Source: an uncultured Chloroflexia bacterium (lineage in GTDB: Bacteria; Chloroflexota; Limnocylindria; Limnocylindrales; CSP1-4). From it: DNA of 64,000 nucleotides. The notes below the pieces were generated by a model that was given only the letters and a program-made list of their open reading frames with translations, was not told where the DNA came from and made no database searches. Below, in pieces: positions 29,643 to 38,537 of the stretch. The stretch is taken from assembly GCA_963746845.1 (NCBI GenBank), contig CAVVCZ010000005.1, forward strand, positions 96,001 to 160,000, written 5' to 3'. Each line of letters opens with the position of its first letter. The first letter of the stretch is position 1. Made by a program: the position numbers and the translations under genes.

Positions 29643-30613
29643 CGGTGGGCGTCGTCCTCCCCGACCTTCTCGTCGTCATCGTCATCGTGGTTGTCCGCGG
29701 CTTCGGCGTCGGCGTCGTCCGCCACGACGTCACCCTCGGCCACCGCGGCCGTCCCGTTCCCGCCCGCCGCCTCGGCCTGGAATGCCGCGAGCTCCGGGGC
29801 GATCGCCGGGAAGGCCTCGGCGAGGGCATCGGCGAGGTCCCCGAAGACGTCGGTCGGGTCGTAGTACTCGACAAGCTCCTCGGCCGACGCGAGCGGTCGC
29901 CACTCGTTCTCCTCTTCGGTCAGGACCTCGGCCCGGAACTCGCCGGCCGCGGTCAGCGTGAGCCGCTCGTCGTCGTCGTCGTTGATCACGAGGTCGCCGA
30001 TCTTGGCGACCAGGTTCTCGGACGCATCCTCGAACTGCTCGAGCAGGCGGGCCTCGCTTCGCTGGCTGCGCTCCTGGTACTCCAGGGCAAGGTCGTAGAG
30101 CCGCTGCGCGGCGAGCTCGTCGTCGTCGACGTCGACGCGCTCCGGCTGCGCTGCCGCCCAGTCATCGGCCGCGGCCGCGTACGGGTCGCCCCCGATCGTG
30201 ACCGTCTCCTCGACCCCGATCCCGGCCGCGTCGAGCACGTCGCCCTCCGCGGTCGGCTCGGCGGCGAGACCGGCTCCCTCGCGGGCTGCGTCGGCGAACG
30301 CCTGATAGATGTCGGCGGGGTTGTACAGCTCGACGAGCTCGGACGCGGTCTCGATGACCTCGGTCTCCGAGGTCCACTCGCCGGTCAGGTCGTCGAGGTA
30401 GCGGGTCCGGCTCCGGAAGGTCAGGTCCGGCGCGATCGCGAGGTAGTCGGGATCCTCGTCGATCAGGGTCAGGCCGCCGAGCTCGCTGATCCGCTCGCGG
30501 TTCGCCGCCAGGAACCTGCGGAGCTGCTCGGTCGACTGGACGAGGAAGTCCGACCGTTCGAGGGCGGCGTCGCCCGCGATCTCGCCGAGCAGGTCGTTGC
30601 GGCTCGTGTCCAT
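29639..30613 (-). CDS. Very acidic hypothetical protein with an internal domain duplication
   Basis: Two copies of G.L...D.D...L.....FR...EW...ELVE.Y.P.D.....ADA; GGAGG RBS; stop overlaps the pyrK start. Confidence 0.8.
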   Translation of the reverse strand: MDTSRNDLLGEIAGDAALERSDFLVQSTEQLRRFLAANRERISELGGLTLIDEDPDYLAIAPDLTFRSRTRYLDDLTGEWTSETEVIETASELVELYNPADIYQAFADAAREGAGLAAEPTAEGDVLDAAGIGVEETVTIGGDPYAAAADDWAAAQPERVDVDDDELAAQRLYDLALEYQERSQRSEARLLEQFEDASENLVAKIGDLVINDDDDERLTLTAAGEFRAEVLTEEENEWRPLASAEELVEYYDPTDVFGDLADALAEAFPAIAPELAAFQAEAAGGNGTAAVAEGDVVADDADAEAADNHDDDDDEKVGEDDAHR

Positions 30614-30686
30614 CGCATCGCCTCCCTTCCCCTGTCCTTGCGGTTGATCGTCGGCCGACGACCGACCGCGGTAGAAGCCCATCTGT

Positions 30687-31013
30687 CTACTCGTGGTATT
30701 CGAGGTCGGGACCCATCCGCTGGCGCAGGAACATCGAGTGGTGGCGCTGGAAGATCCACTCCCCCGCCCGATGCCCCAGTTCGCGGATGCTCTCGTCGGC
30801 CTCGAGCTTGTCCAGTGTCGCGTAGTCCGGAAGATCGAGCAGGATCACGTTGTCGAAGTCCCAGCCGTGGGCGACGTTGTACCAGCCGAGGAACCGGATC
30901 CCGTATTTCTGCTCGTACTGCCGGAGCTGGCGGGCGAAGATCGTCCGCATGTAGAACTTGAAGAACGGATCGCGTCCGCGACGGACCGAGAAGTAGGTCG
31001 CGAGCACGGGCAC
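30687..31013 (-). CDS. Hypothetical protein, NIPSNAP/dimeric alpha-beta barrel-like
   Basis: AGGAGGAG RBS; KYGIRFLGWY...D.VILLDLPDYA pattern. Confidence 0.7.
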   Translation of the reverse strand: MPVLATYFSVRRGRDPFFKFYMRTIFARQLRQYEQKYGIRFLGWYNVAHGWDFDNVILLDLPDYATLDKLEADESIRELGHRAGEWIFQRHHSMFLRQRMGPDLEYHE

Positions 31014-31076
31014 GGGACACTCCTCCTGTCCATCGATCCGGGACGCCGGATCGCGATCAACGCCGATCGCGGCGGC

Positions 31077-31481
31077 CTATTGTCGCACGGGGCCTTCGTC
31101 GGACGGAGGTGGCCCGCCGGTGTCGTCGTCCCCGGCCGGCTCGCCCTCCGCGCCGCCGTCGGCGGGGTCGCCGGCGACTTGATCCTCGAGCTCGCCGACC
31201 GTCTTCGACGTGCTCGCCAGCGGGCGGCGCCGGCCCCGTCGATCGGCGGCCACGAGGCGGAGCAGGAAGATGATCGTCTGACCCACGACGAGGAGCAGCG
31301 CGATCGTCGCGAAGAGGAGGGCGGCGCTGATCCAGAGCTGCCAGCCCCAGAACACGGTCAGCGGCGTCAGGACGATGAAGACGACGAGGACGACGAGCTG
31401 GAACCGGAAGCAGCCGAGGCCGGGGCCGCGTTCGGCCTCGAGATCGTCGCCCTTGTACTGGACCGGGGGCTGGTTGATCAC
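31077..31481 (-). CDS. Hypothetical two-TM membrane protein
   Basis: Hydrophobic hairpin, DRRGRRRP basic motif, acidic tail; -10 TACCAT upstream. Confidence 0.7.
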   Translation of the reverse strand: MINQPPVQYKGDDLEAERGPGLGCFRFQLVVLVVFIVLTPLTVFWGWQLWISAALLFATIALLLVVGQTIIFLLRLVAADRRGRRRPLASTSKTVGELEDQVAGDPADGGAEGEPAGDDDTGGPPPSDEGPVRQ

Positions 31482-31615
31482 GAGCGGCGATGGTACCGGC
31501 AGCGGCCCCGTGGCGCGGTGGCGCGGTCAGCGCGGCGCGTCGTCCGGGCCGCGATTATCCTGAGCTGGCTCGATCGGCGCCCCGTCACCGCGTCGCAGGG
31601 CAGGCGGACGTGCAC

Positions 31616-32929
31616 ATGTCACGACAGCGGCTGTTGATCATCGCCATCCCGGCGCTCGTCGTGGGCGGGATCGAGGTCGTCAGCGACACCCTGCTCGATG
31701 CGGTCCTCCCGTTCCCGGGCGACGCGCTCCTGATGACCTTCGTCGTCCTCGTTCTGGCCGCTGCCCTGTCCGGCATCGCCTACCGCCGGATCGAGTCGCT
31801 GCGCGCAACGCTGGCCGTGCGCAACCGCGAGCTCGAGGAACGCGCCGCGTCGGCGTCGGCGCTGCGCCGGGTCAGCGTCGCGATCACGGCACTCGTCGAC
31901 CTGCCCGAGATCCTCGATGCGATCGTCGGGAACGCCCGGACGCTGATCGGCGTCGACGCGGCCGTGCTGCTCCTCGCCGACGGCGAGGGTCGCCTCCAGC
32001 ACGCCGCATCGAGCGATCCGAGCGGCTCGATCGACCGCGCGGGCCGGCTATCGGCGCCGGGCGACGACGACCTCGGTCGATGTCTGCCGGTCCAGCTGCG
32101 GGTCAGCCGGCTGGTGGCGCCGCTCCAGCGGGGACGAGAGACGATCGGAATGCTCGCCGTCGGATCCCGGGCCGAGCGGGCGTTCGACGTGGACGACGTC
32201 GAGACGCTCGCGTCGCTCGCGGACCAGGCCGCGATCGCCATTGAGCACGCGCGGCTGCAGGATCGTCTCCGCGAGCTGGCCGTCGACTCGGAGCGGGAGC
32301 GGATCGCCCGCGAGATGCACGACGGCCTGGCCCAGGTCCTCGGCTACGTGAGCACGAAGTCGCAGGCGGTCGAGCAGCTCCTGGCCGCCGGTCGCATCGA
32401 CGCGGCTCGTGCGCAGATGGCGGAGCTGGGTGCGGCCGCCCGATCGCTCTATGTCGACGTCCGCGAGGCGATCCTGGGGTTGCGGAGCCCGATCAGCCCG
32501 GGCATCGGGCTCGTCGGCGCGATCGAGGACTACGGCGAGCGGTTCGCCGACGCCGCGAAGATCGGGGTCAAGGTCGTTGCGACGCCGACGGCACGCGCGA
32601 CGCATCTCGGACCGGGCGTCGAGGCGAACGTCTTCCGGATCGTCCAGGAGAGCCTCACCAACGTCCGAAAGCACGCCGACGCGGCCCGGGTGGTCGTCCG
32701 TCTTGACCGGGACGGCGATGACCTGCGGGTCGAGATCAGCGACGATGGCCGGGGGTTCCCGGCTGCGGCGGCGACCGAAGGCGACTGGCCCCGGTACGGG
32801 CAGGCGGCAATGCGCGAGCGCGCGGCCGCGATCGGCGGGCGGCTCGAGTGGTCGAACGGGGACGACGGCGGTGGCATGGTGACGCTCGCCGTGCCGGTCG
32901 CCTCCGGCGCCGATGCGGTCGCGTCCTGA
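31616..32929 (+). CDS. Membrane GAF-domain sensor histidine kinase (HisKA_3, NarX-type)
   Basis: Two TM, GAF domain, ERERIAREMHDGLAQ, FRIVQESLTNVRKHA and DDGRGF motifs. Confidence 0.9.
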   Translation: MSRQRLLIIAIPALVVGGIEVVSDTLLDAVLPFPGDALLMTFVVLVLAAALSGIAYRRIESLRATLAVRNRELEERAASASALRRVSVAITALVDLPEILDAIVGNARTLIGVDAAVLLLADGEGRLQHAASSDPSGSIDRAGRLSAPGDDDLGRCLPVQLRVSRLVAPLQRGRETIGMLAVGSRAERAFDVDDVETLASLADQAAIAIEHARLQDRLRELAVDSERERIAREMHDGLAQVLGYVSTKSQAVEQLLAAGRIDAARAQMAELGAAARSLYVDVREAILGLRSPISPGIGLVGAIEDYGERFADAAKIGVKVVATPTARATHLGPGVEANVFRIVQESLTNVRKHADAARVVVRLDRDGDDLRVEISDDGRGFPAAAATEGDWPRYGQAAMRERAAAIGGRLEWSNGDDGGGMVTLAVPVASGADAVAS

Positions 32930-33591
32930 TGCGCATCCTGATCGCCGATGATCACGCGCTCTTCCGGGACGGCGTTGCCTCCCTGCTCGACGCCTGGGGC
33001 CACACGGTGGTCGGTCAGGCCGCGGACGGCAGGGCAGCGGTCGCCCTCGTGGACGCGCACCTGCCGGACCTGGTGCTGATGGACGTGCGCATGCCGGAGA
33101 TGACGGGTCTCGAGGCCACACGTCGGATCGGCGCGACGCACCCGGACGTCGCGATCGTCATGCTGACCGTGTCGGAGCAGGAGGACGACCTGTTCGAGGC
33201 GATCCGGGCCGGCGCACGCGGCTACCTGCTGAAGAGCCTCGAAGGGGCCCAGCTCCGTTCGATGATCGACGCCGTCGCCCGCGGCGAAGTGGCGATCGCG
33301 CCCTCGACGGCATTCCGGATCATCCGGCTCTTCGCCGAACCCAACGCCGCCGGGAGCGGGTCCGCCGCCAGCTTGAGCGCCGGAGGCGATCGCCGGCTGA
33401 CGCAGCGCGAGCGCGACGTCCTCGAGCTGGTGACCGCGGGGCTCCGGAACAAGGAGATCGCCGCCCGTCTGGGAATCACCGAGAACACGGTGAAGTTCCA
33501 CCTCCGGAACATCCTCGAGAAGCTCCATGCCGTCAGCCGGACGGAGCTCGCGACGCGGGCGATGCGCGAGGGCCTCGTCCGGGGCGACTGA
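32929..33591 (+). CDS. NarL/LuxR-family response regulator
   Basis: ILIADDH, DLVLMDVRMP, GYLLK and LTQRE...NKEIA..L...TVKFH motifs; start overlaps the kinase stop. Confidence 0.92.
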   Translation: MRILIADDHALFRDGVASLLDAWGHTVVGQAADGRAAVALVDAHLPDLVLMDVRMPEMTGLEATRRIGATHPDVAIVMLTVSEQEDDLFEAIRAGARGYLLKSLEGAQLRSMIDAVARGEVAIAPSTAFRIIRLFAEPNAAGSGSAASLSAGGDRRLTQRERDVLELVTAGLRNKEIAARLGITENTVKFHLRNILEKLHAVSRTELATRAMREGLVRGD

Positions 33592-33732
33592 GCGCGGCCG
33601 TCCGCGGGCCGACGTGCCGTTTGGACGTCGTGCCCTAGTCGAAAGGATGGGGCCCCCCGGGCCGATCGAACCTATGCCGGGGGCGGTCCGCCTTCGATGC
33701 TCTGCCGACAGTCAGGTCGACGGAGGCGGGTC

Positions 33733-35679
33733 ATGGGCTATCGCATCGACATCGATCACGGTGGCTGCATCAACTGCGGGATCTGCATGGACGTGTGCCC
33801 GGTCGAGGCGCTCGACATGAGCCGACCGCTGGCGCCGGGGATCGAGACCGGCCAGGGGCCGGCCCGGCCGATGCCGTGGACGATGGAGCATCCGGTCCAG
33901 GTGGGTGAGTGCATCGGCTGCCAGATCTGTGTCCGGGAATGCCCCGTCGGGGTGGTGAGTCTGGCCAGCCAAACCGGTTCGACCGAGCTGGCTCCGCGAC
34001 AGGGACCCGTCCATCGACCCCCGACGAACGACGCCGGCTGGTCGGCCCTGTCGTCGGTCACGCTCGAGTCGCTCAAGCCGTCACACCCGTCGCCGTGGGG
34101 CGACCTGTTCCAATGGGCGACCAACGAACGGTCGGCTGCCGGTCCCGACGGGGTGTCGCCGATCGAGGGCCGGCAGGCACCGCAGGCGCCCTGCCAGACG
34201 GCCTGCCCGGCCGGCACCGACGCCGGACGGTATGTCGGGCTGGTCGCCCAGGGTCGCTTCGACGACGCCTATGCCGTCGCGGCCGAGGTCAACCCGTTCC
34301 CGTCGGTCTGCGGCTGGATCTGCACGGCGCCGTGCGAAGCGGCCTGCCGGCGTGGCGTCCTCGACGAGCCGATCTCGATCCGGACCATCAAGCGGTTCGC
34401 GACCGAGCACGGGACCCTGCCACCCGTCACGGCCCCGACGGTCAAGCGCGCGGGTCGCGTGGCGATCGTCGGCGGCGGACCGGCCGGGATGTCGGCCGCC
34501 TACTACCTGGCCCGCCTGGGCTATCCCGTGACGGTGTTCGAGGCGATGCCGGTGCCGGGCGGGATGATGGCGATCGGGATCCCCGCCTATCGCCTGCCGC
34601 GCGACGTCCTGCAGGCCGAGATCGCACGGATCGTCGGGCTCGGTGTCGACCTTCGCCTGAACGCAGCCATGGGACGCGACTTCACCCTCGGCGATCTCCA
34701 GAGCGACGGGTACGCGGCGATCTTCCTCGCCACGGGCGCGTCGAAGAGCCGACGCCTCGGCGTACCGGGCGACGAGGCGGGCGGTGTGGTCCCGGCCACG
34801 CTCTTCCTGAAGCAGGTGAATCTCGGCGAATCGCCGCGGCTCAGCGGTCCGGTGGTCGTCGTCGGCGGCGGCAGCACCGCGATGGACGCCGCCCGGTCGG
34901 CCCTCCGGAGCGGCGCGAGCTCGGTCGTCGTGGCCTATCGCCGGCGACGGACGGACATGCCCGCGCAGGTCGAGGAGATCGAGGCCGCCGAGCGCGAGGG
35001 GATCGAGATCCGGACAGAGCTGGTCGTCGACGAGGTCGTGGTCCGTGACGGGGCGGCGGTCGCCCTCCGCTGCACGGAGGGCGGGCCGGCGGCCCGGGTC
35101 GTCGACCTGCCGGCCCGCACGGTCCTCGTCGCGATCGGCGAGGAGCCGGACCCGTCGATCCTGCCCGAAGGGACCGGGATCGAGATCAGCGGCTGGGCCG
35201 GTGTCGTCGCCGACGCCCGAACCCTCTCGACCGGCCAGGTCGGGGTCTTCGCGGGGGGCGACGTCGTCTCGGGCCCGAAGACGATCATCGACGCGGTCGC
35301 GGCGGGTCGCCGGGCGGCCGGCTCGATCCACGGCTACCTGGCCGGTGTCGCCGACCCCGAGGCGGAGATCCTGCGGACCGTCCGCTACCCGACCCTGCAC
35401 GAGGCGACGCTGACCGTCGACCTGACCGCACGGCCGCGGGCCCATCCCGCGCTCAACGTCGTCGATCCCGCGTCATTCGCGCCGACACAGGCCGGATACG
35501 AGCCCGCGATCGCGGTCGGTGAGGCGGGGCGCTGCTTCCGCTGCGACGCCGTCGATCGATGCGCGAGCGTCCACGTCCTCGGCGGCCGGGGTCCCGACGA
35601 TCGGCCGGCCGTCCCGCATGCGCCGACGTTTCCCGGCCCGGCTCCGGCGAGCCCCGCAGTCCCAGGAGGTGTGCAATGA
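33733..35679 (+). CDS. Ferredoxin (2x[4Fe-4S]) fused to a GltD/NfnB/DsrL-like FAD/NADPH oxidoreductase
   Basis: CINCGICMDVCP and CIGCQICVRECP; PCQTACP; CGWICTAPCEAAC; GGGPAG; GGGSTAMD..YRR; FAGGD; C-terminal EAGRCFRC. Confidence 0.88.
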   Translation: MGYRIDIDHGGCINCGICMDVCPVEALDMSRPLAPGIETGQGPARPMPWTMEHPVQVGECIGCQICVRECPVGVVSLASQTGSTELAPRQGPVHRPPTNDAGWSALSSVTLESLKPSHPSPWGDLFQWATNERSAAGPDGVSPIEGRQAPQAPCQTACPAGTDAGRYVGLVAQGRFDDAYAVAAEVNPFPSVCGWICTAPCEAACRRGVLDEPISIRTIKRFATEHGTLPPVTAPTVKRAGRVAIVGGGPAGMSAAYYLARLGYPVTVFEAMPVPGGMMAIGIPAYRLPRDVLQAEIARIVGLGVDLRLNAAMGRDFTLGDLQSDGYAAIFLATGASKSRRLGVPGDEAGGVVPATLFLKQVNLGESPRLSGPVVVVGGGSTAMDAARSALRSGASSVVVAYRRRRTDMPAQVEEIEAAEREGIEIRTELVVDEVVVRDGAAVALRCTEGGPAARVVDLPARTVLVAIGEEPDPSILPEGTGIEISGWAGVVADARTLSTGQVGVFAGGDVVSGPKTIIDAVAAGRRAAGSIHGYLAGVADPEAEILRTVRYPTLHEATLTVDLTARPRAHPALNVVDPASFAPTQAGYEPAIAVGEAGRCFRCDAVDRCASVHVLGGRGPDDRPAVPHAPTFPGPAPASPAVPGGVQ

Positions 35680-36308
35680 CCCCGGAACAGGTCTCGGGCT
35701 TCTTCGATGCCGGCGAGAGCTTCATCGAGGGGACGATCGCGGCCGCCCTCGTCGTGCTCTGGACGCTCGCGGTGGCGATGCATCTCGGCCGACCGTACAT
35801 GGTCCGGAACACCGGCAAGTTCACGCTCCGGCTGGGCGCGGACCTGTGGTGGATCATCTACGTCGCCCTGCGCGACCTGATCCTCGTCCAGGTCCTCCTC
35901 GGCAGCTTCATCTTCTTCTACCCCGATGTCGTCACGGGCCAGGACCTGCCGATCACCGGCGGTCTTGCGGCCGTCTGCGCCTTCGCGGCGCTCCTGATCA
36001 AGCTCATGACGAAGGGCGATGCCGACGTCAACGGCTATCGCTGGCAGGTGATCCTCATCGGGCTCGGCGCGGCCCTGTACATCACGCCGTACTTCCTCGG
36101 GACCCAGATGACGGAGCTGACCGGTCAACGGGTCGACGTGATCATGCCGTTGCTCGTCAGCTCGAAGAACCCCGACCTCGCGCTGCCGCTGTGCTACCTG
36201 TCGGCGATCCTCGCGGGCATCTGCGGCGTGATCGCGGTCGTCTACAACCTGCGCGGAACGAATCGTCGCCGGCCGATCGAGTCGGCGCCGGAAGGAGCGA
36301 ACCGATGA
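35676..36308 (+). CDS. Hypothetical polytopic membrane protein (paralog A)
   Basis: AGGAGG RBS and ATGA overlap; about 5-6 TM; HLGRPY...TLRLGADLWW..YV..RD. Confidence 0.8.
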   Translation: MTPEQVSGFFDAGESFIEGTIAAALVVLWTLAVAMHLGRPYMVRNTGKFTLRLGADLWWIIYVALRDLILVQVLLGSFIFFYPDVVTGQDLPITGGLAAVCAFAALLIKLMTKGDADVNGYRWQVILIGLGAALYITPYFLGTQMTELTGQRVDVIMPLLVSSKNPDLALPLCYLSAILAGICGVIAVVYNLRGTNRRRPIESAPEGANR

Positions 36309-36943
36309 GCGGCGACGATCTCGCAACCGCCCTGACCACCGGGGCCTCGGCCTGGCTGGTGCTGTCGATCGCGGCTGTCCTCCCGATCCTGTGGGCGTTC
36401 GCGCTCGTCCTGCACTTCGCTCGTCCCTACGTGTTGCGGTTCCTGCGGCTGCTGACCCTCCGCTTCGGGGGCGACGTCTGGTGGCTGTCCTATGTCCTGT
36501 TCCGGGATGCGCTGCTGGTCATCACCCTCGGGTTGAGCATGGTCTTCCTGATGCCGAACCTCTACCTGAAGGTCGGCCTCCCGATCACCGCACCCTTCGC
36601 GGCGGTCCTCCTGTTCTGGGCGCTCGTCGTCAAGCTGATCCGCGACGCAGACGACGACCCGGCCGCCTTCCGGCTCGTCAGCGCCCTGCTGGTGGTCGCC
36701 TCGGTCCTGTACATCGTTCCGCAGGTCTACGGCATGGAAGCGGCCGACCAGGAATACCTCGGCAGCCTGCCGAGCACGCTGGTCAGCACCACGAACCTCG
36801 CCCTCGCCCGGCCGATCCTGTGGATCAGCATCGGCCTGTTCGCCCTGACCGGGGCGGCGCTGTTCGTCCGGTTCCTCGTCAACCTCGGCCGGAGCGAGGC
36901 GTCCGCTGACGACGCGGTGGAGGAGACGCGCATCGCAGCCTGA
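36305..36943 (+). CDS. Hypothetical polytopic membrane protein (paralog B)
   Basis: AGGAG RBS and ATGA overlap; HFARPY...TLRFGGDVWW..YV..RD. Confidence 0.8.
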   Translation: MSGDDLATALTTGASAWLVLSIAAVLPILWAFALVLHFARPYVLRFLRLLTLRFGGDVWWLSYVLFRDALLVITLGLSMVFLMPNLYLKVGLPITAPFAAVLLFWALVVKLIRDADDDPAAFRLVSALLVVASVLYIVPQVYGMEAADQEYLGSLPSTLVSTTNLALARPILWISIGLFALTGAALFVRFLVNLGRSEASADDAVEETRIAA

Positions 36944-36962
36944 CCACGCCTCGCGCCCGGAT

Positions 36963-36990
36963 GGGACCGGGCGGGCCTCCGCCCGGTCCC
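36963..36990. terminator. GC hairpin between convergent operons
   Basis: GGGACCGGGCGG / CCGCCCGGTCCC inverted repeat. Confidence 0.5.
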
Positions 36991-37206
36991 GCTCAGCTCG
37001 CCCAGTTCGACCCCCGGCGCGCCCGATCGGATCGTCCGATCTCGCACGCCGCCGGGAGTCACTCCCATCCCGCCGCACGTTCCGCCGATTTCGGAATCCG
37101 GAATCGGACCGGCGACCGCGGAACGAGGGTGAGTTCCTGTGGCGTTCGATCTCGGACGAGATCGGAAACGCGGGCGAGGCCAGGGGTTCGCCGAAGAGGC
37201 GGCCCG

Positions 37207-38499
37207 CTACGACCCCCGACGCGCCAACCGATCCCGGAGCCGGAACCACTCGCCGGCGAACGGCAGGAACCACGGCCGGCCCTCGTACGGCGCCGGCACG
37301 AGCGGGAAGGACAGCTTCGCGAGCGCCGGCGCCGAGCCCCCGCCGATCCACTCCCCGATCGCCGTCCCGAGCGCGGTCATCAGCGCGACACCGGTCCCGC
37401 AGCAGCCCATCGCGTAGGTGATGCCATCCTTGCGCCCGACGTGCGGCATCCGATCGAACGTGAACCCGACGTTGCCGCCCCAGGCGTAGTCGACGCGGAG
37501 GCCGGCGAGCTGCGGATGGACCTCGAGCATCCCCTTGTGGAGGATCGCCGCGGTGTGGTCGACGTTCGTCGGCAGGAAGCTCGCCCGGCCGCCGAAGATC
37601 ATCCGGCGGTCCTCGGACACGTGCCAGTAGTAGAGGAAGTTCTTCGTGTCGAAGAAGGCCCGGCCCCGCGGCGAGAGGGTCCGTGCCAGCTCCTCGGGGA
37701 GCGGCTCGGTCGCGATGATGTAGCTCCCGATCGGGATGATCCGCCGGCGGAGCGACGGCACGACCCCGTCGGTGTAGCCGTTCGTCCCGACGACGACCTC
37801 CTTCGTCAGGATCGCGCCGCGGCTCGTCTCGACGACGAGCCGGCCGTCCGCCTGGCGCCGGACCGTCCGCGCCCGGACGCCCTCGTGGAGGTCCGCGCCG
37901 GCGCGATCGGCGGCCGCGACCAGTCCGGCGAAGTACTTGCCGGGGTGGAGCAGCCCGCTCGGCGGGAAGACCAGCCCGCCGTGGTAGAACGTCGAGCCGA
38001 TCTCGGTGGCGAGCTCGTCCTTCGGGACGAACGTCGCCTCGATCCCGAATCTGCGGAGCGTGTCCACGGACGCCCGGAGCTCGTCGACGTGCGACGGCCC
38101 CCACGCGAGGTCCAGGTAGCCGCACTCCCGGAACTCGCAGTCGATCGCCTCCTCGGCGATCAGCCGCTTGACGAGGTCGTAGGCGTCGAGCGTCTCGCGG
38201 AACAGCGCCCGGCCGGTCTCCTCGCCGTATCGGTCGATCAGCTCGGCGGGGCCCCACTTGTACCCGGGGTGAACGATCCCACCGTTGCGGGTCGACCCGC
38301 CGAACCCGAGGCTCTCCGCCTCGAGCAGGGTGACGGCGGCCCCACCGCGAGCCAGCGCACGGGCCGCATTGATCCCGGTGTATCCGCCGCCGATGACGAC
38401 GACGTCCGTGACATCCGGGAGGGGCCGGTCGCGGCGCGACGGAAGCGCGGGCATCGTCGTGTGCCAGTACGGCCGCCGCTCGTAGTCGCGGTTCAGCAC
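37207..38499 (-). CDS. FAD-dependent amine oxidoreductase (DAO family, PuuB-like)
   Basis: PYW, DVVVIGGGYTG, GGSTRNGG, LHPGKY, GTNGY and YAWGG..G.T.D.MPH.G motifs. Confidence 0.85.
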   Translation of the reverse strand: MLNRDYERRPYWHTTMPALPSRRDRPLPDVTDVVVIGGGYTGINAARALARGGAAVTLLEAESLGFGGSTRNGGIVHPGYKWGPAELIDRYGEETGRALFRETLDAYDLVKRLIAEEAIDCEFRECGYLDLAWGPSHVDELRASVDTLRRFGIEATFVPKDELATEIGSTFYHGGLVFPPSGLLHPGKYFAGLVAAADRAGADLHEGVRARTVRRQADGRLVVETSRGAILTKEVVVGTNGYTDGVVPSLRRRIIPIGSYIIATEPLPEELARTLSPRGRAFFDTKNFLYYWHVSEDRRMIFGGRASFLPTNVDHTAAILHKGMLEVHPQLAGLRVDYAWGGNVGFTFDRMPHVGRKDGITYAMGCCGTGVALMTALGTAIGEWIGGGSAPALAKLSFPLVPAPYEGRPWFLPFAGEWFRLRDRLARRGS

Positions 38500-38537
38500 G
38501 CTCGTCGGGCCGGAGGTGGGCACGTCAGGCGGCGGGC

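Noticed and set aside
33733-35679. Flavoprotein as PreT (dihydropyrimidine dehydrogenase) or GltD because it sits among pyr genes
   Set aside because: No PreA or GltB is adjacent, the nearby PyrD already has PyrK, and the gene is on the opposite strand coupled to membrane proteins. Not fully excluded
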